Source: an uncultured delta proteobacterium
GTDB taxonomy: Bacteria; Myxococcota; Myxococcia; Myxococcales; 40CM-4-68-19
Assembly (NCBI GenBank): GCA_963792275.1
Contig: CAWBVQ010000002.1
Location: forward strand, 238,364 to 302,363
Direction: 5' to 3'
Length of the DNA: 64,000 bases
A program made the position numbers and the translations under genes. Under the pieces are notes generated by a model, which did not search any database, was not told where the DNA came from, and saw only the letters and a list, made by a program, of their open reading frames with translations. The first letter of the stretch is position 1. Every line of letters starts with the position of its first letter. Shown in pieces: positions 51,544-64,000 of the stretch.

Positions 51544-52017
51544 ATGAAGCACGACATCAAGATCACCGTGAACGGCGAGGCGCGCGAGGCGCAGGTGGAG
51601 TCGCGCCTGCTGCTCGTCCACCTGCTCCGCGAGAACTTCCGCCTGACCGGCACGCACATCGGCTGCGACACCACCCATTGCGGCGCCTGCACCGTGCTGC
51701 TCGACGGCGAGCCGGTGAAGTCGTGCACCATCCTCGCCGTCCAGGCCGACGGCGCGCAGATCACCACCGTGGAGGGGCTGGAGCAGAACGGCAAGCTCCA
51801 CCCCATCCAGGAAGGCTTCTGGGAGAAGCACGGGCTGCAATGCGGGTACTGCACTCCGGGGATGATGATGACCGGCTGCGCGCTGCTCGCCCGCAACAAG
51901 AGCCCCACCGAGGCGGAGATCCGCGAAGCCATCAGCGGCAACCTCTGCCGCTGCACCGGCTACATGAACATCGTCAAGGCCATCGAATTCGCAGCCGAGA
52001 AGCTGCGGCAGCAATAG
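51544..52017 (+). CDS. coxS: CO dehydrogenase small ([2Fe-2S]) subunit
   Basis: [40 protein letters not shown]. Confidence 0.9.
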   Translation: MKHDIKITVNGEAREAQVESRLLLVHLLRENFRLTGTHIGCDTTHCGACTVLLDGEPVKSCTILAVQADGAQITTVEGLEQNGKLHPIQEGFWEKHGLQCGYCTPGMMMTGCALLARNKSPTEAEIREAISGNLCRCTGYMNIVKAIEFAAEKLRQQ

Positions 52018-52027
52018 GAGAGCATCC

Positions 52028-54398
<2,371 letters not shown>

Positions 54399-54400
54399 CC

Positions 54401-55078
54401 GTGCTCGCGGTGCCGGAAAGAAGGTCGCCGTATTCCGGCGCGTCGCTGGCCCACGCCGGCGTGGCCTTGGCTGCCCTGGCGGTCTGCGCCATCTCCTGGG
54501 CGTGGTCGCTGGGCGCCGCGTCGCACCTGCGGCACGGCGCCGGCGTGTGGCCGCTCTTCGCGATGTGGGCGGTGATGATGGCGGGGATGATGATCCCGCC
54601 CGAGCTGCCCGTGCTCCTGCGCCTGAGGCCGGTGCAGGCGGGTCTCTTCGCCGGCGGCTATCTCGCGCCGTGGATCGCCTTCAGCTTCGCCGCGGCGGCG
54701 GGGCACGCGGCGCTGCACGGCGCAGGCCTCCTCGATCACCACATGGCGCTGGCCGGTCACGCCGCGGCAGCCGCGGTGCTCGCCCTCGCGGGAGTCTGCC
54801 AGCTCTGTCCGTTCAAGCGCGCGTGCCTGCTCCGCTGCAGGCGAGCTCCGCAAGGGCCGCCCACGCTGCTCTCCTCGCTGGGCGCCGGGCTCGCGTCGGT
54901 GGCCTCGTGCGGCGTCCTCATGCTGGTGCTCTTCGCCAGCGGCGTCATGAACGTGCCGGCGATGGCGGCGCTGACGCTCCTGCTCGTGCTCGAGCGCGCG
55001 CTGCCGGCGCGGGTGCCGGTGAGCGCCGCCGCGGGCGTGGCGCTCTTGACCTGCGCCGCGCTGCTCGCCGCCGCCTGA
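54401..55078 (+). CDS. DUF2182-like predicted metal-binding integral membrane protein
   Basis: GTG 2 nt after the coxL stop (tail of ORF 52028..55078). AMWAVMMAGMMIPPELP and CQLCPFKRACLLRCRRAP motifs. About 6 TM helices. Confidence 0.6.
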   Translation: MLAVPERRSPYSGASLAHAGVALAALAVCAISWAWSLGAASHLRHGAGVWPLFAMWAVMMAGMMIPPELPVLLRLRPVQAGLFAGGYLAPWIAFSFAAAAGHAALHGAGLLDHHMALAGHAAAAAVLALAGVCQLCPFKRACLLRCRRAPQGPPTLLSSLGAGLASVASCGVLMLVLFASGVMNVPAMAALTLLLVLERALPARVPVSAAAGVALLTCAALLAAA

Positions 55079-55094
55079 GCGGACCGCCCCGGGA

Positions 55095-56156
55095 TCAGCC
55101 GCGCCGCGCTCCGCGCCGGGCCCGCGCCGCCGCGGCCAGCTCGCGCAGCACCGGCACCGTCATCTCCCAGCCCATGCAGGCGTCGGTGATGGACTGTCCG
55201 TAGACCAGCCGCGCCGGATCGTCGAGATCCTGGCGGCCGTCGACGATGAACGACTCCATCATCACGCCGGCGATCCCGCGCTCGCCGCGCGCCACCTGGG
55301 AGGCGATCTCACGCGCCACCGCGGGCTGGCGGCGGTAGTCCTTGCGGCTGTTCCCGTGGCTGGCGTCGACGATCAGCCGCGGCATCGCGCCGGCGTCGCG
55401 CAGGGCGGCGAGCGCCTTCTCCACGCTGGCCGGGTCGCAGTTGGGACCGCTCGCGCCGCCGCGCAGGATGATGTGGCAGTCCGGATTGCCGCGGGTGGCC
55501 ACGATTCCGGCGAGGCCCTGCTCGGTCACGCCGAGGAAGCGGTGCGGGTGGCCGGCCGCGCGCACGGCATCGATGGCGATCTGGATGCCGCCCTCGGTGC
55601 CGTTCTTGAACCCCACCGGCATGGAGAGGCCGGACGCAAGCTCGCGGTGCACCTGGCTCTCCACGGTGCGCGCTCCGATGGCGCCCCAGGACACCAGATC
55701 GGAGATGAACTGCGGCGTGATCGGATCGAGGAACTCGCAGCCGGACGGCAGATCCAGCTCCACCAGGTCGAGCAGAAGCCGCCGCGCCCGGCGCAGCCCT
55801 TCGTTGATGACGTACGATCCGTCGAGGTGGGGGTCGTTGATCAGGCCCTTCCATCCCACGGTGGTGCGCGGCTTCTCGAAGTAGACGCGCATCACCACGC
55901 AGAGATCCTGCTGCAGCTCGGCGGCAAGCCCCTTCAGCCTGCGCGCGTAGTCGAGGGCGGCCGCGGTGTCGTGGACGGAACAGGGCCCCACCACGGCGAT
56001 GAGCCGGTCGTCCTCGCCGCGGAGGATGGCGATGATCTGCTCGCGGGCACGGGCCACCGCGCGCGAGCCGGGCTCCCCCAGCGGCAGCTCGTCGAGGAGG
56101 ATGGCGGGCGGGATCAGCGGGCGGTTGCTCTCGACGTGGAGATCGCGTGTCTTCAT
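55095..56156 (-). CDS. class I 3-deoxy-7-phosphoheptulonate (DAHP) synthase (AroF/G/H type)
   Basis: MKTRDLHVESNRPLIPPAILLDELPL..IAVVGPCSVHD..RVYFEKPRTTVGWKGLINDP..DASHGNS. Confidence 0.95.
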   Translation of the reverse strand: MKTRDLHVESNRPLIPPAILLDELPLGEPGSRAVARAREQIIAILRGEDDRLIAVVGPCSVHDTAAALDYARRLKGLAAELQQDLCVVMRVYFEKPRTTVGWKGLINDPHLDGSYVINEGLRRARRLLLDLVELDLPSGCEFLDPITPQFISDLVSWGAIGARTVESQVHRELASGLSMPVGFKNGTEGGIQIAIDAVRAAGHPHRFLGVTEQGLAGIVATRGNPDCHIILRGGASGPNCDPASVEKALAALRDAGAMPRLIVDASHGNSRKDYRRQPAVAREIASQVARGERGIAGVMMESFIVDGRQDLDDPARLVYGQSITDACMGWEMTVPVLRELAAAARARRGARRG

Positions 56157-56433
56157 CGCCGCGTCATTGTACGCGCGCGGGTGTGGTCGAGAATGGACAA
56201 TCAGGCGCTTCCACAGCCGAGCCGGCCAGAAACTGCACCACGGCGGGCCAATTTCCAGCCGCACCGGCCACCACCAGCGACGAAGGTCGGATAAATTGCG
56301 AAAAAATTCCGTCGTTACTTGAATTCAGTGAATCCAGCGAGTTACACAAGGAGGCGGCGGTTCCGGGTTCCGTTCCGCAAGAATTCCTGCCTCGAAAGTG
56401 GACTTTACGCGGCCGAACGACCCACCTTGCTTG

Positions 56434-56462
56434 ACACTCCCTCCCCCGCCGCATCAAATGTT
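56434..56462 (+). promoter_or_regulatory. sigma-70-type promoter of the enhancer-binding-protein gene
   Basis: TTGACA (56434-39), 17 nt, TCAAAT (56457-62), in an AT-enriched spacer. Confidence 0.45.
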
Positions 56463-56504
56463 CAGCCGCTGTTCCGTTTTCGTCATCCGCCCGGGGGGGC
56501 CATT

Positions 56505-58430
<1,926 letters not shown>

Positions 58431-58466
58431 CGGCAGAGTAGAGACAATCGCCGATTGCAGACGAGG

Positions 58467-58513
58467 CCCTTTCCCGGTCGCGAACCGCGCCGGGAAGGGG
58501 TTTTGTGTTTTTG
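58467..58513 (+). terminator. intrinsic terminator after the activator gene
   Basis: CCCTTTCCCGG-tcgcgaaccgcg-CCGGGAAGGGG followed by TTTTGTGTTTTTG. Confidence 0.8.
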
Positions 58514-58567
58514 ATTTCCCCCGTCATTACAAGCCATTCCATTGTGTTCTAGATCGGACCTAAGCCT

Positions 58568-58590
58568 AATGTCGGAAGTCCATTGTCGGA
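58568..58590. promoter_or_regulatory. direct repeat A(A/T)TGTCGGA x2 (candidate activator-binding site)
   Basis: AATGTCGGA at 58568-76 and ATTGTCGGA at 58582-90. 14-nt period. About 170-190 bp upstream of the sigma-54 promoter, within an AT-rich tract. Confidence 0.3.
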
Positions 58591-58759
58591 TGCAGAATTA
58601 AACAACATCATCAAAACCCGCGCCGAGCTTCCCTTTCCGCAGGGATCTCCACCGGATGCGCCACCGGCGGCAAAAGCCCCACCTTCTGCTCCTGCTGCCA
58701 AGTACAGTTCCTGAACTACCGCTTTCCTGAAAACATGAATTATTCCAGCCCATTTGCCG

Positions 58760-58775
58760 TGGCATCCGCGATGCA
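58760..58775 (+). promoter_or_regulatory. sigma-54 (-24/-12) promoter
   Basis: TGGCAT-CCGCG-ATGCA, against consensus TGGCAC-N5-TTGCA with correct GG/GC spacing. Lies inside the 5' end of track ORF 58735..61395, upstream of the likely true start. Confidence 0.55.
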
Positions 58776-58881
58776 CTGGCCGTCCTCGCCCAAGCGTCCG
58801 CTTTGGCGGCGGCCCGGGGGGGCAGTCAAAAAATCATGGGTCCAACCAGGACCCGGAAGGACTGGAGGCAGTACATGCGGA

Positions 58882-61395
58882 TTGGAACGTGCTCGAGAAG
58901 CATCATCGAAATCGACAGCTGCACCTCGCCGCGCGTTCGCGCTCGGCGCCGCGCTGGCCGCGATGTTCGCAGCGGGAGCGGCGCAGGCGCAGCTCCCGAT
59001 GCCTGGGTCCACGGGTTTCGACATCACCGGGTTCATGCAGGAAGCGACACTTGACCCGACGTGCCAGGCCGACCCGCACTGCGGCGGCACCATCAAGGTG
59101 AATGGCCACGTCATCGTCGTTCCCAAGGAGATCGTCATCCAGTTTCCCGCCAACGCGCTCACCTGGCAGGAGATGTTCGCGCAGGCTCCGGCCCCGTACG
59201 GCCTCGCCGCGGCGGGCGGCCCTTCCAGCGGCCTCGCGATGGCCGATCTGCCCACGCCGCTGACGCAGTACGAGGCGCACGTGGTGGGAAACCGGGTGCT
59301 CGGCGGCCCCGCGGGACCTGACCTCTACATCGCCGCGCTCCTCTTCTTCTCGCAATCCTCGCTGAACATCGGCGCCGGCTTCATCAACTTCATCGACTAC
59401 ACCGTCGGCGAGATGCGCGTCGGCGGCATCATCAACGACCCGAACTGCGTCCAGGGCGGAACCGCCCTCTCCAACCCGCTCTGCTCCGGCGCGCGCGTGC
59501 GCATCAACAATCCGGTGGGCCGCTATGGCAGGGTCAACTCGCCCGACGTGCGCTTCACCGTCGACGCCGACAACCCCACCATCATGTCCGGCACCGGCTA
59601 CCCGATGTGCCTGCCGCGCACCGACCCGGCCGTCTCCGACGACCCGCTCTGCCCGCAGGCGCAGCGTCCCGTCGTCTCGCCCGGACCGCCCGTCCAGTTC
59701 CTCGCCTCCATCCAGACCAACGACCCCACCAACCCGGGTCTCGTCGGCGTTCCGCCGGATGCGCTCAAGCAGGTGCCCTTCGAGGTAGGCGACTACATCA
59801 CCTTCGCCGGCACGCTGGTGACCGACAACGCGGCCCAGCCGACGGCGGGTCCGTGGCCGAGCAACGGCACGGCCGGCACCTACACCTCCGCGCACACCAT
59901 CGTGAACAACATCGCCGTCTTCACCTTCCCCGGCACCGACCCGGCCTACATCATGACCGAGGTGATGCTGATCGGCACCGGCGGCCTCACCGTCCTGGGC
60001 GCTGGCGAGGCCGTAACCCGCACGCGGTTCGAAGGCATGATGACGGACCCGAGCCGCAACGTGCACATCTACGGCATCGATACCGACGCGATCACCGGCG
60101 CAACCACCGACCGAAACTACGGCACCATCGGCGTCGACCCGGGCCCGCCCAATGGCGCCGTCAAGGGCCGCTGGCGCTTCCGTCCGCCCTGCCTGACCTT
60201 TGGCAGCGTCCCGACCAAGCCGCAAACGCAGTGCGTGATGAACGCGGACAACACCTTCCTGCCGGTCACGCGTGAGATGCGCTCGGTGATCGAGGGCGCC
60301 TGGGTGCCGGGGCAGACGACGACCGCCGCGAACGGCCTCATCTACGGCCAGTACCATGCGCCAATCTTCCTCTACATCTTCCCGGAGAACGTCCCCGGCT
60401 CGCCCATCGTCCCCAACAACTTCAACACCATTCCCTTCCTCACCGACGGCGGGTACACCACGGGCGGCGGCACCATCGTGCATCAGCTCAATCCCTGGCC
60501 GGACACCATCATCCCGCAGGGCGGGTGCCAGGCTCCGACCGTGAATACGGGCGGGCCGTACACCGCGCCGGCTGGCGGCACCGTGCAGCTCAGCGGCAGC
60601 GCCACGGGGACGACGCCGATCACCTTCCTCTGGACCGTGAGCAGCGGCTCCGTCTCCAACTCGTCGTTGGCGAACACCGTCTTCAACGCCATCGGCGCCA
60701 CCTCGCCGGTCACCGCCACGCTCAGTGCCACCAACGCCTGCGGCGGCTCGACGTTGAGCACCAGCATCGTCATCAACGCGGCGGGCGCCCCGACGGTGGG
60801 AACCATTCCGCCGGTCAGCGTCTTCTCCGGCGCGAACGGGAGCTTCGGGGTGAGCGCGACCAATCCCAACAACGAGACGGTGACCTTCGCCGTCACGCAG
60901 AGCGGCTCGCCCGCGCTGCTGAACCTGAAGGTGACGAACAACCCGAACAACTCGGGCACCGTGACGTTCACCGCGCCGACGCTGGTTCTCGGCCAGGTCA
61001 CGAGCCCGAAGATCACCGTGTCGGTCACGGCGACCAACACCGGCAACGCCACCTCGGCGCCGGCCACCACCACCGTCACCATCAAGCCGCTGCCCGACGC
61101 AGTGCAGGTGCAGACGGCCCAGTACCGCCTCAGCAAGCAGCGGCTGGACCTGACCGCGAGCTCGTCGGTGATCAGCCCGAACGTGGTCCTGACCCTGAAC
61201 CCGTACGTCACCACCCAGGGCACGACCTTCGATCCGACCTCGCTCGGAGCGACGTTCACCAACACCGGCGCCGGCGCCTACACGCTCACGCTGGTGGGTT
61301 GCCCGGAGCCCGCGCTGCAGCCGGCCACGCCCATCACCGCCCATTCGAACCTGGGCGGCGTGAGCCAGCCGATCGGCATCACCGAACGGCAGTAA
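58882..61395 (+). CDS. large exported protein of unknown function (Tat-like signal, about 520-aa novel N-terminal region, three Ig/PKD-like C-terminal domains)
   Basis: TTG 58882 gives MERAREASSKSTAAPRRAFALGAALAAMFAAGAAQA-QLP. Paired Cys throughout the N-terminal region. PKD-like PTVNTGGPYTAPAGGTVQLSGSATGTTPITFLWTVSSG. The track ORF starts at 58735, but that would place the sigma-54 promoter inside the gene. Confidence 0.75.
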   Translation: MERAREASSKSTAAPRRAFALGAALAAMFAAGAAQAQLPMPGSTGFDITGFMQEATLDPTCQADPHCGGTIKVNGHVIVVPKEIVIQFPANALTWQEMFAQAPAPYGLAAAGGPSSGLAMADLPTPLTQYEAHVVGNRVLGGPAGPDLYIAALLFFSQSSLNIGAGFINFIDYTVGEMRVGGIINDPNCVQGGTALSNPLCSGARVRINNPVGRYGRVNSPDVRFTVDADNPTIMSGTGYPMCLPRTDPAVSDDPLCPQAQRPVVSPGPPVQFLASIQTNDPTNPGLVGVPPDALKQVPFEVGDYITFAGTLVTDNAAQPTAGPWPSNGTAGTYTSAHTIVNNIAVFTFPGTDPAYIMTEVMLIGTGGLTVLGAGEAVTRTRFEGMMTDPSRNVHIYGIDTDAITGATTDRNYGTIGVDPGPPNGAVKGRWRFRPPCLTFGSVPTKPQTQCVMNADNTFLPVTREMRSVIEGAWVPGQTTTAANGLIYGQYHAPIFLYIFPENVPGSPIVPNNFNTIPFLTDGGYTTGGGTIVHQLNPWPDTIIPQGGCQAPTVNTGGPYTAPAGGTVQLSGSATGTTPITFLWTVSSGSVSNSSLANTVFNAIGATSPVTATLSATNACGGSTLSTSIVINAAGAPTVGTIPPVSVFSGANGSFGVSATNPNNETVTFAVTQSGSPALLNLKVTNNPNNSGTVTFTAPTLVLGQVTSPKITVSVTATNTGNATSAPATTTVTIKPLPDAVQVQTAQYRLSKQRLDLTASSSVISPNVVLTLNPYVTTQGTTFDPTSLGATFTNTGAGAYTLTLVGCPEPALQPATPITAHSNLGGVSQPIGITERQ

Positions 61396-61422
61396 GCGAA
61401 GAATAGGGTAGAATGGTTTCAC

Positions 61423-61461
61423 CGGCGGCCGAAGGGCAGAGAACCTGCCCTCCGGCCGCCG
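61423..61461 (+). terminator. 17-bp GC-rich hairpin after the large exported-protein gene (weak U-tract)
   Basis: CGGCGGCCGAAGGGCAG-agaac-CTGCCCTCCGGCCGCCG (one mismatch) followed by TCTCATC. Confidence 0.45.
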
Positions 61462-61480
61462 TCTCATCAGGGAGCAGACG

Positions 61481-62473
61481 ATGTGGAAGAAGCTCGCAGT
61501 CGCCGGGGTCGCAGTTGCAGCGCTCGCGTTCGCGGCAGTGCTCTGGTCTCGCCGTCCCGTGCAACCCCAGCGCGCTGAGCGTGCGGTGACGGTGGCGGCG
61601 CCGGCCGCGGTGGTGCTCTCGCTGATCTCGGATCTGCGGCGCTGGCCGGAGTGGTCGCCTCGCGAGCGGCTCGATCCCGGCGTGCACCGCACCTATGGAG
61701 GCCCGGCCTCGGGATTGGGCTCCAGCTACTACTGGTCCGGCGATGCCCGCGTGGGCGAAGGACGCCTGACCGTCACCGACGTGAGCCCAGCCATGGTCGG
61801 CGTCGAGCTCGAGCTGAAGAAGCCGCGTCCGGCGGACAGCAATCTCGAGTTCCGCATCTCCGAGGAGGGAGGCGCCACGCGCTTGTCGCTCACGGTGGTG
61901 GGGCAGTCCGATCTCGGCGGTCGTCCGCTGGGGTTCTTCGGGAACGCCGACCAGGCGATGGGCGGGGAGCTTTCGGAAGCGCTGGCGGGCATCAAGGATC
62001 TGGCGGAGAAGGAGGCGCAGGTGGAAGCGGCGCGCGTCGAGCGCTCCGCGATGGTCGCCGCACCGCCGGCTGTCGTCGCCGCCCAACTCTCCGACGCGCG
62101 CCGCTGGTCGGCGTGGTCGCCGTGGGCAGGCGCGGATTCCAAGCTGGACATCCGCTGCGGGGGCGCCGCAACCGGAGCAGGCTCGAGTTGCTATTGGCAG
62201 GGCGAGGACGCCAAGGGCCGCATCACCATCATCGCCAACACGCCCTCGCGCGTGGACGCCGAGCTGGAGATCCAGAAGCCCGCGCGCTCGATCAGCGACC
62301 TGCAGTTCACCCTCGCCGCGGAGGGCGCCGGGACGCGGGTGACGCTGGGCGCCACCGGTGGCAAGGCGGGAGCGGACGTGGAAAAGGCGCTGGCGCGGCT
62401 GACCGTGGCGATGGAGAGCGCGGCGGCGCAGGCGTCGGGAACCGCGGCGCGCGAGCAGGACGTTGGTCGGTAA
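61481..62473 (+). CDS. membrane-anchored protein with two tandem SRPBCC (START/polyketide-cyclase-like) domains
   Basis: N-terminal TM MWKKLAVAGVAVAALAFAAVLW. Internal duplication: VAAPAAVVLSLISDLRRWPEWSPRE..GLGSSYYWSGD.. versus VAAPPAVVAAQLSDARRWSAWSPWA..GAGSSCYWQGE.. Confidence 0.7.
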   Translation: MWKKLAVAGVAVAALAFAAVLWSRRPVQPQRAERAVTVAAPAAVVLSLISDLRRWPEWSPRERLDPGVHRTYGGPASGLGSSYYWSGDARVGEGRLTVTDVSPAMVGVELELKKPRPADSNLEFRISEEGGATRLSLTVVGQSDLGGRPLGFFGNADQAMGGELSEALAGIKDLAEKEAQVEAARVERSAMVAAPPAVVAAQLSDARRWSAWSPWAGADSKLDIRCGGAATGAGSSCYWQGEDAKGRITIIANTPSRVDAELEIQKPARSISDLQFTLAAEGAGTRVTLGATGGKAGADVEKALARLTVAMESAAAQASGTAAREQDVGR

Positions 62474-62752
62474 GATAATCGTCCGATAAAAGCGCCCCCT
62501 CCACCCCTGCGATCGCACCACTTTCACCTCTGATTCCAACGCCTCTTCGCGCCGCGGCGAAAAGGTGGCGGTTCAATTCCTGAACGCAAAGTTCCCTTTC
62601 TGCAAAGCGTCACGGCAATCGCGTGGGACCGATTTTCCCTCGGGAACGCCGCGAAAATAAAAAGTCCTCTCCCGTTTATGTGTGGGGTCAAGTCATTCAA
62701 TCGGCGCTTGCTTCCTACGGTGCCGAGACCCCCTGGGGGAAGGACCCGCTCC

Positions 62753-64000
62753 ATGCGACGACTGATCGAAATGCGTAACCTGGCGTTCCTGTGCATTACT
62801 GCCGCTTTTGCCTGCAACCAGGGCGCGACGCGCGCGGCGATCCAGGGGCAGGTGCTGGCGGCCGACGGCCGCCCTGCCGGCGGGCTGCAAGCGGGCCTGG
62901 CTGGAACCGCGCTGCTCACCAGCACCGATGCGGCGGGACGGTTCTCGCTCAATGGCGCACCGCCGGGACCTGCCACACTCCGGATCGGGTCTTCCGCCTC
63001 GCTCGGACTGCCTCCCCTGGCCGACGGCATGGTGGTGCGCGTTGCCGTGCGCTTCGCGGCCGACGGCACCGCCCGGCTCGACAGCGCGCCGCAGGCGCTG
63101 CTGCGCGGCAAGGTGGACTCCGTCAGCGGACGCGATTTCCAGGTCGGCGGCACCATGATCCGCACGGACTCCGATACGCAGATCCGCGCGAACGGCATGG
63201 GCATCGACATCGACGACGGCCTGATCGGCGAGGCCGCGGACGTCGACGGCGCGCTGCAGGCGGATGGCAGCATCCTCGCGCGGCGGATCAACACCGCGGA
63301 GAAGGGCAACAACAATAATAACAACAACAACAACAACAAGGCCGAGTTCACCGGCGCCATCGAGAGCATCATCCAGCCCAACCGCCTGATCGTGGCCGGC
63401 CGTTCCGTGGTCACCGACGCCAACACCCGCATCAAGGTGGCGGGGAAGGACGCTTCGTTCGCCGCCTTCGCAATCGGCCAGAGGGCCCAGGTGAAGGGCA
63501 CGTTGCAGGCGGACCAGAGCGTGCTCGCAGGCAACATCGAGGCGCAGGCCGCGGTCGCTCCGCCTCCCGCTCCGCGGCCGGTGGCCAACGCCGGACCGGA
63601 CCAGAGCGCCACCTCGGGAGCGCTGGTGACCTTGGACGGGAGCGCCAGCACCAATCCGTCCGCGCTGCCGCTGAGCTTCCAGTGGACGCAGGCTTCGGGT
63701 CTGCCGGTGACGCTCGCCAACGCGAACACCGCGAGCCCCAGCTTCACCGCTCCGGCGGTGGCATTCGGCTCCCCGGCGGCCTCGCTGGTCTTCTCGCTGG
63801 TGGTCAGCGACGCGAACGGAGCCTCGGCGCCGGACAGCGTGACCATCACCGTCAACCCGGTCATCCCGCCTCCGATCGCCAACGCCGGCCCGGACCAGGC
63901 GGTGGACTCGGGCGCGCTGGTCACCCTCGACGGCAGCGCCAGCAGCGACCCGGCCGGGCTGCCGCTGACGTTCGCCTGGACGCAGACGGCGGGGCCGATC
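62753..64000 (+). CDS. surface lipoprotein (CarboxypepD_reg-like + DUF5666-like + poly-Asn + PKD-like repeats), 3' partial
   Basis: Absent from the ORF track (runs off the window). ATG 62753: MRRLIEMRNLAFLCITAAFAC lipobox. IQGQVLAADGRPAGGLQAGLAGTALLTSTDAAGRFSLNG. Two xxVDSVSGRDFQVGG / IESIIQPNRLIVAG modules. N10. Repeated ANAGPDQ..SGALVTLDGSAS..P..LPL(S/T)F.WTQ. The listed minus ORF 62524..63924 is its shadow. Confidence 0.8.
   Translation, partial: MRRLIEMRNLAFLCITAAFACNQGATRAAIQGQVLAADGRPAGGLQAGLAGTALLTSTDAAGRFSLNGAPPGPATLRIGSSASLGLPPLADGMVVRVAVRFAADGTARLDSAPQALLRGKVDSVSGRDFQVGGTMIRTDSDTQIRANGMGIDIDDGLIGEAADVDGALQADGSILARRINTAEKGNNNNNNNNNNKAEFTGAIESIIQPNRLIVAGRSVVTDANTRIKVAGKDASFAAFAIGQRAQVKGTLQADQSVLAGNIEAQAAVAPPPAPRPVANAGPDQSATSGALVTLDGSASTNPSALPLSFQWTQASGLPVTLANANTASPSFTAPAVAFGSPAASLVFSLVVSDANGASAPDSVTITVNPVIPPPIANAGPDQAVDSGALVTLDGSASSDPAGLPLTFAWTQTAGPI
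63308..63337 (+). repeat. (AAC/AAT)10 trinucleotide tract encoding Asn10
   Basis: aac aac aat aat aac aac aac aac aac aac, in frame within the lipoprotein gene. 27% GC in a roughly 70% GC context. Confidence 0.95.

Noticed and set aside
58903-61692. 929-aa minus-strand ORF opposite the large exported-protein gene.
   Set aside because: Extreme Arg/Gly/Asp/His composition with no motifs. It lies exactly antisense to a plus-strand ORF that has a signal peptide and Ig-like repeats, so it is a typical high-GC shadow ORF.
62540-62600. GGCGGTTCAATTCC, which resembles a tRNA T-arm.
   Set aside because: The flanking bases cannot form the T-stem, acceptor stem or anticodon arm. No tRNA fold is possible.

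Overview
The window is 64 kb of very GC-rich (about 70%) bacterial chromosome. Gene content, Cys-rich secreted proteins and sigma-54 usage suggest a Myxococcota-like organism; that is inference only. No rRNA, tRNA, CRISPR array or intact mobile element was seen.

Gene order:
- Minus strand: the start of a cellulose-synthase operon, bcsQ followed by the bcsA N-terminus. bcsA is missed by the ORF track because it runs off the window edge.
- A lipoprotein, then a CHRD protein convergent with a Tat-exported tandem-Rieske protein and a cytochrome-c-like lipoprotein.
- An acyl-CoA synthetase, a low-GC orphan ORF and a tautomerase.
- A LIV-type ABC transporter.
- A beta-barrel outer-membrane protein.
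- A nine-gene, translationally coupled ilvBN-leuA-leuCD-leuB-ilvD-ilvC-ilvE operon (minus strand). It is preceded by an unannotated Leu/Val-rich leader peptide and a terminator/antiterminator.
- A divergent, sigma-54-driven urtABCDE-ureD(AB)CFG urea uptake and urease operon of 11 gene products.
- A nucleotidyltransferase plus small-ORF pair and an ABM monooxygenase.
- A form II coxSLM-like molybdoenzyme cluster.
- A roughly 4.5 kb low-GC island: a PIN-toxin remnant, a Cys-rich secreted protein, a GT-C membrane glycosyltransferase and a lipoprotein.
- A large form I CO-dehydrogenase locus. The divergent accessory operon is coxD-coxE-molybdopterin-binding-SufU-AhpD. The structural operon is xdhC-mocA-xdhC::YHS-coxG-coxMSL-DUF2182.
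- A DAHP synthase.
- A GAF/PAS sigma-54 enhancer-binding protein next to a sigma-54-promoted gene for a roughly 840-aa exported protein of unknown function.
- A membrane-anchored tandem SRPBCC protein.
- A partial surface lipoprotein with a poly-Asn (AAC)n tract and PKD-like repeats.

About 20 single-nucleotide frame disruptions interrupt otherwise clear genes. They fall in the transporter, urease and cox genes and in none of the ilv-leu genes. Either the sequence carries indel errors or these modules are decaying.

Most long ORFs in the track that lie antisense to, or out of frame with, the genes listed are GC-driven shadow ORFs.
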